Shown one piece after another: positions 25,556 through 60,545 of a stretch of 64,000 nucleotides of DNA; positions within the stretch are counted from its first letter, which is position 1, and every line of letters starts with the position of its first letter. Position numbers and translations under genes: made by a program. The DNA lies in the NCBI GenBank assembly GCA_963693365.1, contig CAVNZM010000001.1:15991840-16055839 (forward strand), given 5' to 3'. The notes below the pieces were generated by a model. That model had not been told where the DNA came from. It was given only the letters and a program-made list of their open reading frames with translations, and did no database searches. This DNA is from Amoebidium appalachense. Taxonomy: Eukaryota; Protista; Ichthyosporea.

Positions 25556-26770
25556 TGTGTGTGTGTGCGCGTGCGCTATAATTTTGTAGTGATGTGTTTC
25601 TCAAGCCAATCAATACATCTAATAAACAGGTCGTAGTTACGCGTGTTTAGTATAAAATCAAGGATGTTGTAATTTACAGGTAGGCTATCTTTCTGGGTGT
25701 CTGTTGTGAATGTGACGTGTGTGTGTTGCGGTATTATGTGGTCTATCAAACTACATTTGGCGATACATGACCGGTTAAACTGGTGTGTGTGTGTGTTGTT
25801 TGGGCATGCAAATGATGCCACCTTATACTTATTAGATCTCCACTGTATAGCACGTGTACAGTAAAAGCGTGGTAATTGATCAATAATACCATCAGCTAGA
25901 GAAAGACCAGTTCTACAGGAAGGTAATATGTATTTAGGTGTTATACACTTGCGAGTGCCATATTTGGCAATATGGTTGAGGCGGTCAGTATATATAAAAC
26001 GAGACATAAGGCTTAGTTTTTCAAGGTGTATGCTTTCATCGGGTCTAGTGTCGTGTGGTATCTTTTTCCATTTGTTATATTGCGTGATTATCTTGTGATT
26101 GTGTACATGTTTAATAAGTAAGTGGCAGTCCAAAGTCACACACACACTATTGCGGGGTTTATTTGTATTTGTGCCCAGGGGAGAAGGGGAGAGAGAGGGG
26201 AGGAAAGAGGGGAGAGGTGAGGAGGGGACAGGTCGGATAGAGAAGAGAGGGTGGGAGGGCAAATACTTCTTTAAGCGGCTTATGTGCTTATTGAATTTCA
26301 GCGCGAGATAGGATACTCTAGCAGCTATTGGGACCAGACCATATATCGAGAGCGTTACAGGCCCAGGTTTACAACAGTTGTTAGATAGAAAGGAGGCAAC
26401 TTCTGCTTCAAGGAAATTTGCCAGGGGTTTAAGCGCTCTAGTTCTCTCTTTCTTGATCCAAGCGGCGAGAAGGGGTAAACCATATTCACATGCCGGGAAG
26501 ACAAAAGTGCGAATAAATGTAAGTCTAATAGAAGGATGGAGGGGTGTGTCTTTAAAAATATTAGCCGAGAAGAAAGCTAACCGCTTACGAGCCAACTCTA
26601 CCCTCTTTTCGACCATATGGGGAAACATAACACCAACAGAATCAACCGGAACACCAAGATATTTGTATTCTGGAACTATAGGTACAGGTTTAGATGATAA
26701 TGTAAATGTGTGTAAATTGTTAGCTATATCAGGTACAAGAACACCACATTTGTCTATGTTAAGGATCATA
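25169..26770 (-). mobile_element. 5'-truncated non-LTR (LINE-like) retrotransposon
   Basis: C-terminal RT/thumb region plus a 3' UTR containing (CA)n, an internal A-rich tract and a ~195-bp terminal segment shared with the copy at 20975. The 5' boundary is approximate, set just upstream of the MILNIDKC motif. Confidence 0.85.
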
Positions 26771-26823
26771 TGTACAACGTTACGGTCGATAAATCGATGA
26801 TTCTGTCTTGTCGTCTCATGCAT
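25576..26823 (-). CDS. Non-LTR reverse transcriptase, C-terminal fragment (catalytic YxDD motif missing through truncation)
   Basis: LNIDKCGVL, EYKYLGVP and FVFPACEYG motifs typical of the LINE RT end and thumb, followed by a Cys/His-containing tail (RAIQWR...FACP...FNRSCIAKC). The first ~18 aa of the ORF are probably flanking DNA. Confidence 0.8.
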   Translation of the reverse strand: MHETTRQNHRFIDRNVVHMILNIDKCGVLVPDIANNLHTFTLSSKPVPIVPEYKYLGVPVDSVGVMFPHMVEKRVELARKRLAFFSANIFKDTPLHPSIRLTFIRTFVFPACEYGLPLLAAWIKKERTRALKPLANFLEAEVASFLSNNCCKPGPVTLSIYGLVPIAARVSYLALKFNKHISRLKKYLPSHPLFSIRPVPSSPLPSFLPSLSPSPLGTNTNKPRNSVCVTLDCHLLIKHVHNHKIITQYNKWKKIPHDTRPDESIHLEKLSLMSRFIYTDRLNHIAKYGTRKCITPKYILPSCRTGLSLADGIIDQLPRFYCTRAIQWRSNKYKVASFACPNNTHTHQFNRSCIAKCSLIDHIIPQHTHVTFTTDTQKDSLPVNYNILDFILNTRNYDLFIRCIDWLEKHITTKL

Positions 26824-27334
26824 CGTAGCCCATGTTCAAGAGCTTCCGAAGTGCTGGCGACATCTAACAACATTTGTGTGGTGTGTGCATAATAAAAACG
26901 TGTGTTTAACATATGTAACATACTGACACGTCCACCATGCCATGGTCACTAGTACATGCCAGTGTCAGAGAGCTTCCCTTTTCATAGCTATGGGATTAAC
27001 ATACATTTATTTCAATCGATACATATCTATCGCTATGTAAGTGCAGAGAGCTAGAAAGAAGAAAGGACAAAATGGGGTAAAATGGACCCAGATAACCAGA
27101 AAGGAAACGAAATCTACGTACTATAGGGCCAAAAATGAGCCCTTGCATTAGTCTGCATTTGCATTACGTTCATCCTATGTTAGCAATTTCAATTATGCTT
27201 ACATACGGTACACTGCCCGGTGACTGCCGAACTCCACAAAAACAAAAATAACGATTTAAAAAAAAAGAACAGAACAGATCTCAAGACTAGGCAAAAGGTT
27301 TCTACATGTTCGCCTGTACAGCTCACAAGCTCAA

Positions 27335-27375
<41 letters not shown>

Positions 27376-27415
27376 GGCACCCATACGTTGTTTGCCCTAC
27401 CCAGACAAACCCCAA

Positions 27416-28630
27416 TCAAAACACCACCACCCTATCCCCATTAACATCCGCAACATAAAGCGCGCAGTTCCTATCAAACGCCACCCCACCAATCCTCTCA
27501 ATCCCCCCCTTCCCCTCATCCACCACACCCTTCCCCTCATCCACCACAGTGCCCAAATACTCCCCCTTTGGTGAATATATTCTTAGTCTCCTTCCCTCCC
27601 TGTCGACCACCGCAACCCTATCGTGCACGTCCAAAGCAATCATTATAGGCCCGTCCAGGGAATGGGCCAACTCTCTGTGGCCCCATTTTTCAACCTCCGC
27701 TCCGTCCCCGTCTAGCTCCATCACCTGTGCAGACAAAACACCAATACAGGTCAGAAATGTTAAAAAAGGCCATTTGCACATGGTGACACCTTTACTGTTC
27801 GGTGGTGGCAGGGGAGCGGTGTGTGTGTGTGTGTGTGTGTGTGTTTGGGGGGAGGGGGGGGGGGGGGGGGGGGGGGGGGAGAGAGAGGGAATCGTAGGGT
27901 GAGAAAACTCTTCGGGTCCGGGGGGGGGGGGGGGGGGGGGGGGGAGGGGGGGGGGGGGGGGGGGGGGGGCATGATGACGGTATAGTTTTCCTTTCATGAG
28001 TGCCATTCCGTGTGTGGGGGTGTTGCAATGGAGGTAGGGCAAGCATCTGAATATGTGTGAGAGCCAGGGAGGAGGGGTGGCTGCATGGCAATGCACAGGG
28101 TTCAGAGGAAACAAGGCCAAGGAAAACACCGGTGCACGTGTGTGTTACCGGGTGATGGGGTGTTTGTGTTGAGGTAAAGATGGGGGTTCAGAATTTGTTG
28201 TGAAGCACACGGAGGGGGGGGGGGGGGGGGGGAAGTGGGTAGTATAAAGAATGGAACATGGTACAAAGTGCAACACCACCACGAGAAACACGGTGCAAGG
28301 GGGCAAGGAGAAGGGGGGGGGGGGGTACATACGCAATTATGCGAGGGCATGCACACCACGGCGTTTCCTCTGCTGTTGATCTGGATGGTGGCTGGGCCCC
28401 CTGGGAGTGCCCACTGCCGCACAAACTGCCCGTCCGGCTTGCGCGTCTGCACCTTTTCCGTGCCCCGATCGCACAGATACAATCGGATCTCATCGAAAAT
28501 CATAGTCACGGCAAGACCACGTAGGTCTTTGATGCGCGCCCCTCCCTTGGCAGCACCAAAACAGTGCAGCTGTGGGTGTAATGTATGTGTGTGTTTGGGG
28601 GGGGGAGGGAGGGGGGGGGGGGAGGGGGGG

Positions 28631-28673
<43 letters not shown>

Positions 28674-28910
28674 TGTGTGTGTGTGCCTGTGTGTGTGTGT
28701 TAGGGGGGATGGCGGAGAAGAGGGGGGGGGGGGGGGTAGTCATCTGTATGCCTATATGACTTGTAACAGCTGATTGAGGTGGATGCCTTCCATCTTGCGT
28801 GTCCGGGGGAAGGGGGGGGGGGGGGAGGGGGGGGGGGGGGGGGGAGGAAGCAAGGTGTGTCATGCGTGTAGGGGGTATGGAACGTGTAGAGGCAGAAGTG
28901 GGGCAAGGAT

Positions 28911-28948
<38 letters not shown>

Positions 28949-30493
28949 TGCATTGGGGGGGTGCCTGATATCGTGAACTAACGACTGGGTAGGCGAGTGG
29001 GTGGCTGCATACGTTGGTGTATGCCTGCTGTTGGGTCAAATTGTTTGTGTGGGTGCTGTACTGTGTGTGCATTTGTATACTGTTTAACCGTCACTACCAC
29101 CACCTCCTCCCACCTCCGTTTCCTCGATTGTTTACATTTACCTATCACCACGTGCCTTAGTCCCTCTCTCACACCTAGCCAATCTTCCCCCTCACCCCCT
29201 CCCTCCCCCTCTCACTCCCCTCCCTCCCCCCCCCACCTCCCGGGCAAATCCCTGTTGAACCCTTTACCTTCCTCCAATTCCATCTCCCTCTCTCTCATCC
29301 CATTTAATCCCGGTCCTTTGCGCTCCCTCCACCCCCCTTTTCACTGCTTAAGCACATCCGGCCTCTCCTTTTCCTCTACTCTCCTCCTCACAGTTTATCT
29401 AATGAGGCAACAACTCATCTTCTCCTCACCTTCATCAAACGAAACAGCTGTAAACAGCTGAGCATGTTTGCGCGCGGGGGAAGGGGGAGGGAGGGGGGCA
29501 GATGGAGCGGGAAGAGAGGAGGGCATTTCTGTCTTTCTTTGGGGGGGGGGGGGGGGGGGGAGGGGGGGAGGAGGGGAGGAGAGGAGGGGGAGGGAAGAGG
29601 GAGGGGGCTGAATGGGGTGGGGGGGTGGGGGGTCTTACTGCTTCACCCTCGGGGCCATAAGTCCTAACCTTGTGCTGTGCAGCCACATAAACCTTCCCAT
29701 CCCTCCCCACCGCCAAATCAGTAATCCCCTCGGGTATCTGCATGATGGCGCCATCCAACGGGTCCCCCTGAAGGCTCAATTTCTGCACCCGCCTGTTGCC
29801 TGTGTCTGCGACGTACAGGCAATGTTCGTGCACAACCAAAGCCCCTGGCTGCTCGAACAGCCCTGGCCCCCTTCCATCCCCACCGAAAGTGCGTATGGGG
29901 CCTGTTATCACGCCGTAGTCGCGGGGGCCTACGTGGTGTGTCTCTGTCTGCAGAAGTTGTATCAACGGACCAATGTTGAAGTATTCTGCTTCGCGTAAAA
30001 GACGTTTGCGTTTCTGCTCCGAACCGGGTAGAACATCATCTTGCCTGTGGCGCAAATACGAGAGGATGTATGAAAACATCTGCCCATCAGCATCTAAATA
30101 CACGTGCCCGTCCTCATCTTCGTTCACGGGGTGACGCCCGCTAAACATGGCCTCCAGCATGGTGCCTCTAATATTCGTTAAAGTGCTGCGCGTACTCCTG
30201 TACTTAACACCCCCGACGTCTAACTTAATCGAGTCGTTTGGGTCAAGCGTCGTCAGCTTTTGAATTTTCCTCTTTTCCTCTTCGAAAGTGTGTCTTTCCT
30301 CCTCCAAATCCCGCGTCCTTTTCGTTAGAATTTCTTCTGCTGCTCGTGCTTTCTGATTAAACTTTTCCACTAATTCTTTTAACTCGGCTAACTGCAACTC
30401 CATCTGTGCCTTCAGAGCTCTCTCATCCTGTGCATCCTCCATCTTCTCTCCCTCCTTCTGCATCCCCTCCAACTCCCTCTCAGCCCCGTCCAT
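27416..30493 (-). CDS. Coiled-coil + KCTD-type BTB/POZ (T1) domain + NHL-repeat beta-propeller protein, 3 exons
   Basis: Exons 30493-29639, 28569-28333 and 27724-27416, all phase 0 GT-AG. BTB motifs IKLDVGGVKYRSTRSTL, LEAMFSG, LDADGQMFSYILSYLR and LLREAEYF. NHL motifs FEQPGAL..LYVADTGNRRVQ and LYVADVNGDRVVVF. Confidence 0.9.
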
Positions 30494-32158
30494 GTCTGCC
30501 CTGGTTTTCAGGCCGAAAACCTACGCTTGTTTATTTATGTGTGATAAGGCCTTTCAGGTTACACTTAATTTGTGCATGAAATTATTGCAAGTGTAGCAAG
30601 ATGACAGTTACCCACACGCTGATGCGTACCATTAGTGCTCTTGGTGGCGGTCAACAACTATAATGACAAGAAGTACTATTTTCTCTTTACTTATTAGCAA
30701 CTACACTACTAGAGTGCGTATGAGCACGCGTCAACTCGAATAACTGTGGGTGCATGTGTTGTGCTCTCGCTCTTGTGAACATTTTAACCCAGCCCCTTTT
30801 CATCACTTGACACCACCCGGTACCGGCGTGTTTTAACGCTCACAGTGTGCTTTAGCAACGTCTTATGCGTTACATACCCCGATGCACCCCAAGTCCATGG
30901 TCCCTTCTAAAGCACAGTAAGTAGCCTATGGAATTACGATCACATTAAACGATCGCAGATAGCGATTATAATGGATCGGAGGGCGAGGACGTATGACGTC
31001 ATTTACACCTGCCAAATTTGTGTGCTAGATTTGGGCTGTGGCTGTTGCCAGCTATAAAAACAACAGGATTCCAGTACCCAAAAAGGATTCTTTTCTACCT
31101 TATTAATTTATAGAGAACTTCTATAGTTTTTCTGCAAAAGATAGCATTTTGCTATTTTTGCTGTCTAATATCACCCAGCTATTTGAGCTGTGACTCTATG
31201 AATTTAGTCTCCCGGGCTGCTGATAGAGAGGTGGTGCGTAACGGACCAGTCGGGAACGGCCACATAAAACATCCGGACCTTGGAAACAAACGGCTCGGGT
31301 CGGCCTGACTTGCCTGCAGCATGACCCGAGGCTCCTTGTCATACTGGTGTTATACGGTATATTTTCAGTAGGCTGAAAAGAATACTACAGCTTTATTTCA
31401 TGTGATTAAACCTTAATTTCATTTCATAGCCAAAACTTTGGGGCTTATTCTGCTTTATAGAACACACAATGAACATGGGCGACGAACCGGTTTACCTGAC
31501 CCGCTTGCGTTGAATGGCCCACAGGCCGATATGTTTGCGTGTGTCGTTTTTCGCGCGCAAGCAAAGCCTCAAATTCCGCCTCCCTCTGTTTGAAACGGTA
31601 TCATTTTTTCTGTTTCCCTCGCCCCAAAACTCACGAAAAAACTAGAGTTATAGAAGATAGTTATACCGTTTAAGAGGTATAGGAACGTTTATAAAGCTTC
31701 AATAAGGAAGAAAGGGAGATATACAGAAGCAGGTTGTATGAAGACAGTGTGAACGTGTTACAAGGAAAGTCGAGGCTCGTTAACCTTAGCTCAAAGGTGA
31801 TCTTGGAAAGTGTACTGTAGTTGATCCCAGGCAGAAAATCTGAAAAACCTAATAACTACCAGTATCTGGGTGATAAAAAAAGGTTAGTGCTTCACTGTGC
31901 ATTATAATGAGCCATCCCTCCTCTGGTTTGGGCATTCTAACGGGCTCTGCGTGAGTCTGTGGTTTTTCCATAGAATGAGTGTGGGCTGGTTAGTCAATAA
32001 AGTGCATGTTTTCCTGCTCTGGTTACCTTCTATGTGGTTATTCTTGTATAACAACATCTTCTTTTAACTATTATTAGTTAAAGGCTGGCACTTACTCATG
32101 CACGTAGACAGCTATCTACGATGGTTGCTAGTTTGGAGAAGTTGGATCTCAGATCTGA

Positions 32159-36404
<4,246 letters not shown>

Positions 36405-36656
36405 GCCATTGTGCATGCATGCACACACACACACGCACACACACACACACCACGCAGATACATAGATGCACACATGATCGTGATAGTAGTGCTCATGTAC
36501 ACGCAGATATAGATACAATAACGCGCTATGTAGTATTGTGTGTGCACGCGCGCATAGATACACACATGTACACGCAAGTTAAATTGATGCATACCCACCT
36601 GCACGGTCGCCCTATCATATGTACACACAGACAAACACGTCACACACATGTTTTCA

Positions 36657-36704
<48 letters not shown>

Positions 36705-37755
36705 CACATACATACGGAGACAGTCACACTTAGACAGTCACACGTATAACAGACACGAAGCACACGTTATGTTACACACTCGTAGCCATGCAGTGTGTTT
36801 GTTGAGGCTGCAGGCAGCCACGTTTCCCCCTGGTTGGGGCCGTGGCATCTGATTGTGGCCAGTGAATAGACGGCCAAGGCCTGGGCCCATGCAACGACCC
36901 ACATGACTGTGCCTGATGTCGTATCTATCTCCGAATCTATTTAGTAATGCACACACGCCGTGACACACACACGCGCGCGCGCATCCTGGGTATCACATAA
37001 TAGTTCCATGAGTCATACATGAAACGAGCTGGAGGGCTGCTCGTTGCTAGACAGCCGCTAGCGCTGCCGCAGCTGCGCTCGGATTGTATCGTTCAATCCC
37101 TGTTTATTTTGAACCATGAAGCAATACACAGCCCCCCCCCCCCCCCACAAGAAAAAAAAAAAAAGGAAGAAGCTGAAGACCTGGCTGCCCTAGGGCAGGG
37201 CCGGCCTGCGCGGGAGGTGGGGGGGGGGGGACTAGCTTTACCCACATGGCCCTCACTTCCAAATGGCAACCACACGTCAATTGCAATCCAAACATTCAGA
37301 ACACATGTATGATCGAGTGGTGCTAATATTTGCTCAGTAAACCATGACATACAGTATGCATAACGGGCCGCAGGGAGATCCTCGCGCTGCAAAATCGTAC
37401 TTCCTGCAGACATCATGATCATATGTTTTGGGAAAACAGGGTACATAGTAAGCTGTGTGTTCTCTGTGTGCATGTGTCAGGTATCCGCACAATACTGTTT
37501 GCAAAAACCAATGGGCTCGTTTTTTATGCAACCATTTAGCTGCCCTGTGGTAATACCACAGAACTATCATAGCGGTTCGGCAGCTTCGGTTGTTGCCCGC
37601 TCCCCTCTCCCTCACCCCCCCTTTTCTCTTTTCTCCAAGCCTGGGCAGCCAGGCCGAGGTTCTAGGCCAGTGGCCCCTCTTTCCCCTTTCTCTCTCATGC
37701 TTTTTTTTTTTGTGCAGGTTGGGCCCGTGGGGTGAGGAGGGGGTGTTAGAGCGGC

Positions 37756-37789
<34 letters not shown>

Positions 37790-38022
37790 GGGGAAGGGAG
37801 GGAGGCTTTGCCCACACGGCCAGGCAGCCATCCCACGTTAATTCAGCCATTGCCAATCTGAACGTGTATGATCGATTGGTATTAAGCCCAAGCCAACCCT
37901 GACTTATATAACAGGTAGTTCTCCAAGGCTTCGGATTCTTACTGCATGCACATGGTCGGCACTTCTTGCACAAACTATTGCACTATTTAAAGTTGTTTTG
38001 CCTCCCCTCTCCCCCAATGGCA

Positions 38023-38058
<36 letters not shown>

Positions 38059-38426
38059 CCCCCCCCCCCCCTCTCCCTCTTCCCCTAGGGCCATTAAGAG
38101 CACGACAGCAACCATCCAGATATTCAAGAGCATGCTTCGTGTGATCACATTCTGAACGAATGGTGTCTATAGTGCCTGAAAGCCACCAGATCTGGCAGGG
38201 TGCAGTACGTGCGAGCACGCTTGTGGCACATGTGTATGTGCACACTTCACGTGTCTGTATGTGTGTGTGTCCGTGTGTGTGTGTGTGTGTCCGTGTGTGT
38301 GTGTGTGTGTGTGTATGTGTGTGTGTGTGTGTGTGTGCGTGCGCACATGTGTGTGTGTGTGTGCGCGCGCGCACGCGTGCGTGTGTGTGTGTGTGTGTGT
38401 GCGTGCTTGTGTGCGGCCGTGCGGCC

Positions 38427-38473
<47 letters not shown>

Positions 38474-39827
38474 TATGCGCGCGCGTGTGTGTGTGTGTGT
38501 GCCTGTGTGTGTGTGTGCGCGCGCGCATCTGCATCCGTATGCACGCGCATATGTGTTAGGGCTCTCTTACAGCTCCGAGGCCTCGGGGTGTAGAGGATGG
38601 GGAAGTGACACGGTGGGCGGTTGGTGATTGGGTGTGTGGGTGGGTGGGGAGGAGGGAGGGAGGGGGGTGGGGGAGAGAGAGTGTGTGTGTGGGGGGGGGG
38701 GGGAGGGGGGAGGGGGAGAATGGCGTGTACATCTAACGAAGAAACGGCTTTGTGCTGATGAAAGGAGCAGCCAACTGTGCCCGGATGCTCGACAGTGTGT
38801 TAGACAGTATGAGCACCTCGTTTCCCTTCCTCGTTCCTCAGCTCTCTATCCCTTCCCCTATCCCATCCTCTTCCTCTCCCCGTCCTACCCCCCCCCCCCC
38901 CCTCCCCCCCCCCCCCCCCCAACACACACACACACATACACACACGCCCACACCACTTTCCCCTCTCTCGATAACATTTTTATTATTATTTTATACATGT
39001 TTTGTTCCCGGGAGGCGGGCCCCTCCCGGGGTCCCTCATGAGCCACTACCATCTTCTACTAAACGCCGACTGTGCCCTAGCTAGGAGGTCAATGGTGCAT
39101 TCAGCTAAACTAACACACCTCTACTAATCCTAACTAGTAATCAGTACACACTTAGCGGGGAGTATTTCCTGATATCACTTTCCCCCAGTCACTTTCCGTG
39201 GCCTGCATAACACCGGATACACAGTGGTTTGATTGAAAGGACTCTTGCGGCTTCCGGAGCAATCAAATATTTCTATCCTCCGAAGAAAGGGAGAGGGGGA
39301 CGGGAGGAGGGATAGGCGGGGAGAGGGGAAGCGGGGGGGGGATTTTTTTTTTTTTTTTTGGTTGGGGGGGTGGGGGTGGGGGGGTGGGGGGAGGTTACCC
39401 GAATATGACGAGGGGAAGGGTAAGAGGGGATTCGGGCGGGGTTGGGGGGGGAGGGGGGGGGGAGGGGGGTTGGGATGCTGAGCACAAAAACCCGTGGCTT
39501 TCTTTGCGAACGCACGGGCCAGCATAAACAAACACCTGGTATGTGAAATAGTTCAATGTATTCACTTCATGTCTGGGGTCCCTTTGCCGGGTACTGGGCA
39601 AACACACAGTGCTGCCCTGACGTACAAATTGAGTTCATGGCTTATCGTCGCAGCCGTTTGAAAAAGGTTAATGCGGCGGCAGTAAACTGTTCAACAAAGA
39701 TTATCATATTCAGAACTGCAGCGGCACATACAACCATATCATATCATCACAAAACAGCTCATACATATAGAAAATTCGTCTCCAAACATAGCAGCAGGTG
39801 CATTCAACAACAAATCCCACATCTCTC

Positions 39828-40712
39828 TCACCCGTACCACTTCCACATCTGGTTCTTTGGCTTATACCCATCATCGTCCTTGCATTCATACTGAACAATG
39901 TCCGCATACATGTGGTTGTGCCGTGCGTCCACACAGAAATCGGTGTCCGTGTTCACCACCCTCCCATCCTCTTGCATCCGCCAATATCCCACAACCTGTG
40001 TGCATGGCACGAGCTCCAGATATCCGTATTCATATTCCGCGTCCTTATCCCCCATACCGAAACACTGATTATCCGGTGTGCGCACAGTACCCGTTGTTGG
40101 ATCAACACACAACCACAATGTGTTAGAATTCCCACAATCCGTATTCACCAACCGTCCGTCCGACCTCTCAGCCAGACATTGATCAGTCAGTTTATTCTGC
40201 AGCTGTTTCGACGGGGATTTATCTGCGTCAGGCGTACAAACTGGGAACATGGGGTGATCAGGAAGCACGTATGCACCGGCACCCATTGATGTTTCTGTGG
40301 CCCGGGTGGTTGCCGGTTCAATAACAGCTGCCGTGGTGGCGGTCCCTGTCTGCACCTCTGGCGCGGCTGCAGCTGCAGTTGATGCCACAGATGCTTCTTC
40401 CCCTGCTGTGAAGCAACCTTCTCCCTCCACACACGTGTCTGCGCCTTCGTCCGTTCCCGCCTGCCTTGCCTGGCGCACTTGCAGGTGAAGATTTGGTGCC
40501 AGCCGTGCAACACGTGCCAACGTGTCTTCTTTCACGGAGCCAAGGGATGGCAGCGTGTCTGCCACACCGGGAGACGAGGGCAGAGAATTGCCTAAAAAGA
40601 CATTTGTGCGGTTCATAAGACCCAACATGACGATGCATAGGATTCCAAACAGGCCCATGTTTTGGGCCATTAGCATACTGCTGCGCCCCCCTATGGAGTT
40701 GAGGTGAACCAT
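39828..40712 (-). CDS. Secreted or membrane-anchored protein with C-terminal ricin-B (beta-trefoil) lectin-like domain, intronless
   Basis: 294-aa ORF with hydrophobic segment MGLFGILCIVMLGLM and an Ala/Thr-rich linker. Three repeats with paired Cys (QCLA..C, QCFG..C, FCVDA..C) end in NQMW. Confidence 0.75.
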   Translation of the reverse strand: MVHLNSIGGRSSMLMAQNMGLFGILCIVMLGLMNRTNVFLGNSLPSSPGVADTLPSLGSVKEDTLARVARLAPNLHLQVRQARQAGTDEGADTCVEGEGCFTAGEEASVASTAAAAAPEVQTGTATTAAVIEPATTRATETSMGAGAYVLPDHPMFPVCTPDADKSPSKQLQNKLTDQCLAERSDGRLVNTDCGNSNTLWLCVDPTTGTVRTPDNQCFGMGDKDAEYEYGYLELVPCTQVVGYWRMQEDGRVVNTDTDFCVDARHNHMYADIVQYECKDDDGYKPKNQMWKWYG

Positions 40713-42236
40713 GGTGAGTTATCACTCTGACAAGTGCTAGTAGATTGTATGCTGTGTAGGTATGGGCTGTTATTGTGTCGCTGACAGCGAATGGAGTACT
40801 CTAAGGCACGTAATCACTCTTTCATAAATGATTTGTATGGTTCTGAGCAAATAACGCTAGCTATGAAACGACTGGTGCACCCGTAAATTGTTTTTCGCGA
40901 GGCCTATAGACCGGGCCGTCAGTAAGCATATAGTGTTCACTCATTCACAACCTTGCAATTGAATTGTGTCTCTCTTAGCTTCGTGGGCCGGTCCATTTAT
41001 ATACAATCCTAATAGGTGAATACAATAAATGATGTTATGAGCTAATATTAAAAGTTTTGACCCAAATCTGTGGAAGCATTTTAGTTACTACTGCTAATTG
41101 GTGTACTAATCGATTACAAATATTGATTTTGTTATTTGATCTTGCCGTCCATTTCCATTCGACGGGAAGTGGTTTTGACAGATGAAGTGTAAACCTATAT
41201 AAGGCACCTAACACACCATATAAGGTGATTATGCATTCCTTAGAGATCTCAACATCATTATGAGTCATCAACGTTCCGTGAGTCGCTGTGTTCATAATTC
41301 CTTGTAACGTCGGTGTAGGCAATAAGAAAAAAAATTCCATTAATGGGAATTTAAATTTACCATAAATATTAGACACTGATGTCTCCCTGATATTTAAATA
41401 TTGAATCAATTTGCTTTGAATTATATATTGGCTTCGGGAACACAATTTGCTTCGCTCACCCAGGCTCAGTGAATCTACCCAATCACATGTCAGTATACTG
41501 GTCGCCCATTTTTCAACTTCTTCGGCGCGCGCCCTCCGGCCAGTTTTTTCCTTGTCGCCGAGCCGTGGCGAAAAAAACACTTGTGTTGGTAAGCAACAAA
41601 GAGGAGTGTATGTTAGCACAGCAAAGTGCACTTGGAAAAACAAGGGGATAAAGGTTACATTCAGTTTTTTAGTCTCGACTGAGTAATCTGCTTGGTATGG
41701 GTTGAGCACAGAGGCGATGCAAAGAAGCTTTTTCAGTCCTTTGACCAGGTGGATAGCTGCATGAGAGAGGGAGTGGGTATTTTGGCCAGAGTGAACATGC
41801 ATAATGCACGTCTTTATTAAGGACGTTTTTCGGCCAAATAGAAAGAATAACTGCGGCGCAAAAGGAACAAGTTTCTGCGATAAGTACGCTGCCCAACAAG
41901 CACGTACAAGACGCGGCTTGTACAGTCGCATAACACGAGGTGTAAACACACACACAAAAGCAGCAATAAAGAGAGAAAATTGCGCACAGGCACAGACACA
42001 GACAGGTACACACCCAGGCACGCACACCACTTCTATCGACACGTGTACACATGACCAGATGCGCACAGACACACAAAGGTCGAGGTCTTAGTACTCCATT
42101 CACCCAGGCACACCCGCAAGTCCAGGGCACACAAGCTTTCTGTACCTCATGTTCACGTAGGTCAACATGTTCTACAACCTCTCTTTGACAACTTTTGCGT
42201 CTTTCACAGAAAGAGGAAAACTACTTCGTTGACAAA

Positions 42237-59806
<17,570 letters not shown>

Positions 59807-60500
59807 TCTGGTATTGATTCATCGGGGGCTGTAGCGGCACTTCTGATCAAACAAAGCGCAAATGGTACGGCAAACGATGTCTGACCAAATAAGTACCATT
59901 GTAGGAGTGATTGTTGTTGCAGTTGTGTGTGATATAAATGTATACATTAAATCTTAGGTCACTATAGTACTCGACATGGTAATAGGAAAACTCTGCGTTG
60001 TATTTACACTGTTGTATGGTCAGAAATGAAACTGACACAATGGTTACAATTAAGATTGTCAATGAATTCTCTTGACGTTTATGGTCTGTGGTTGGCTAGG
60101 TGGGACGATAACCTATGTGAAAACTGAAAGCATATGTTTTGGCATCGATCCTTTGCACTCTATTGGAATATAATGTGCAGCATGCCGTTGTTTTGTGTAC
60201 CTAGAATTAGCTGAGAAAGTCAAACTAGAATCATCATAGAATCCTGAATCTGCATAAGTATATGTATTTACTTCTCAGCGTCCTGAATAAAATTGATTTT
60301 GAAAATTGATTACAATGGGCCACAGCGCAAGCACACGCGTCTTCAGTAATCGCACTGATGTGTACTGTAGTAACAGATAGGGGCTCTTGGGGCTGGGTCG
60401 AATCGAATTTGAAAAATAAATGAATAAAATGGACCAAAGACATGCCATTGGTCACAATCCTCCCTCCCCCCCCCCACTCTCTTTTTCCTGCCCCCCTCCT

Positions 60501-60545
<45 letters not shown>

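Noticed and set aside
41035-42072. 345-aa minus-strand ORF between the lectin and F-BAR genes
   Set aside because: No recognisable domain, and the N-terminal part is CV-rich low complexity. A real exon in the 3' half cannot be excluded but is unsupported.
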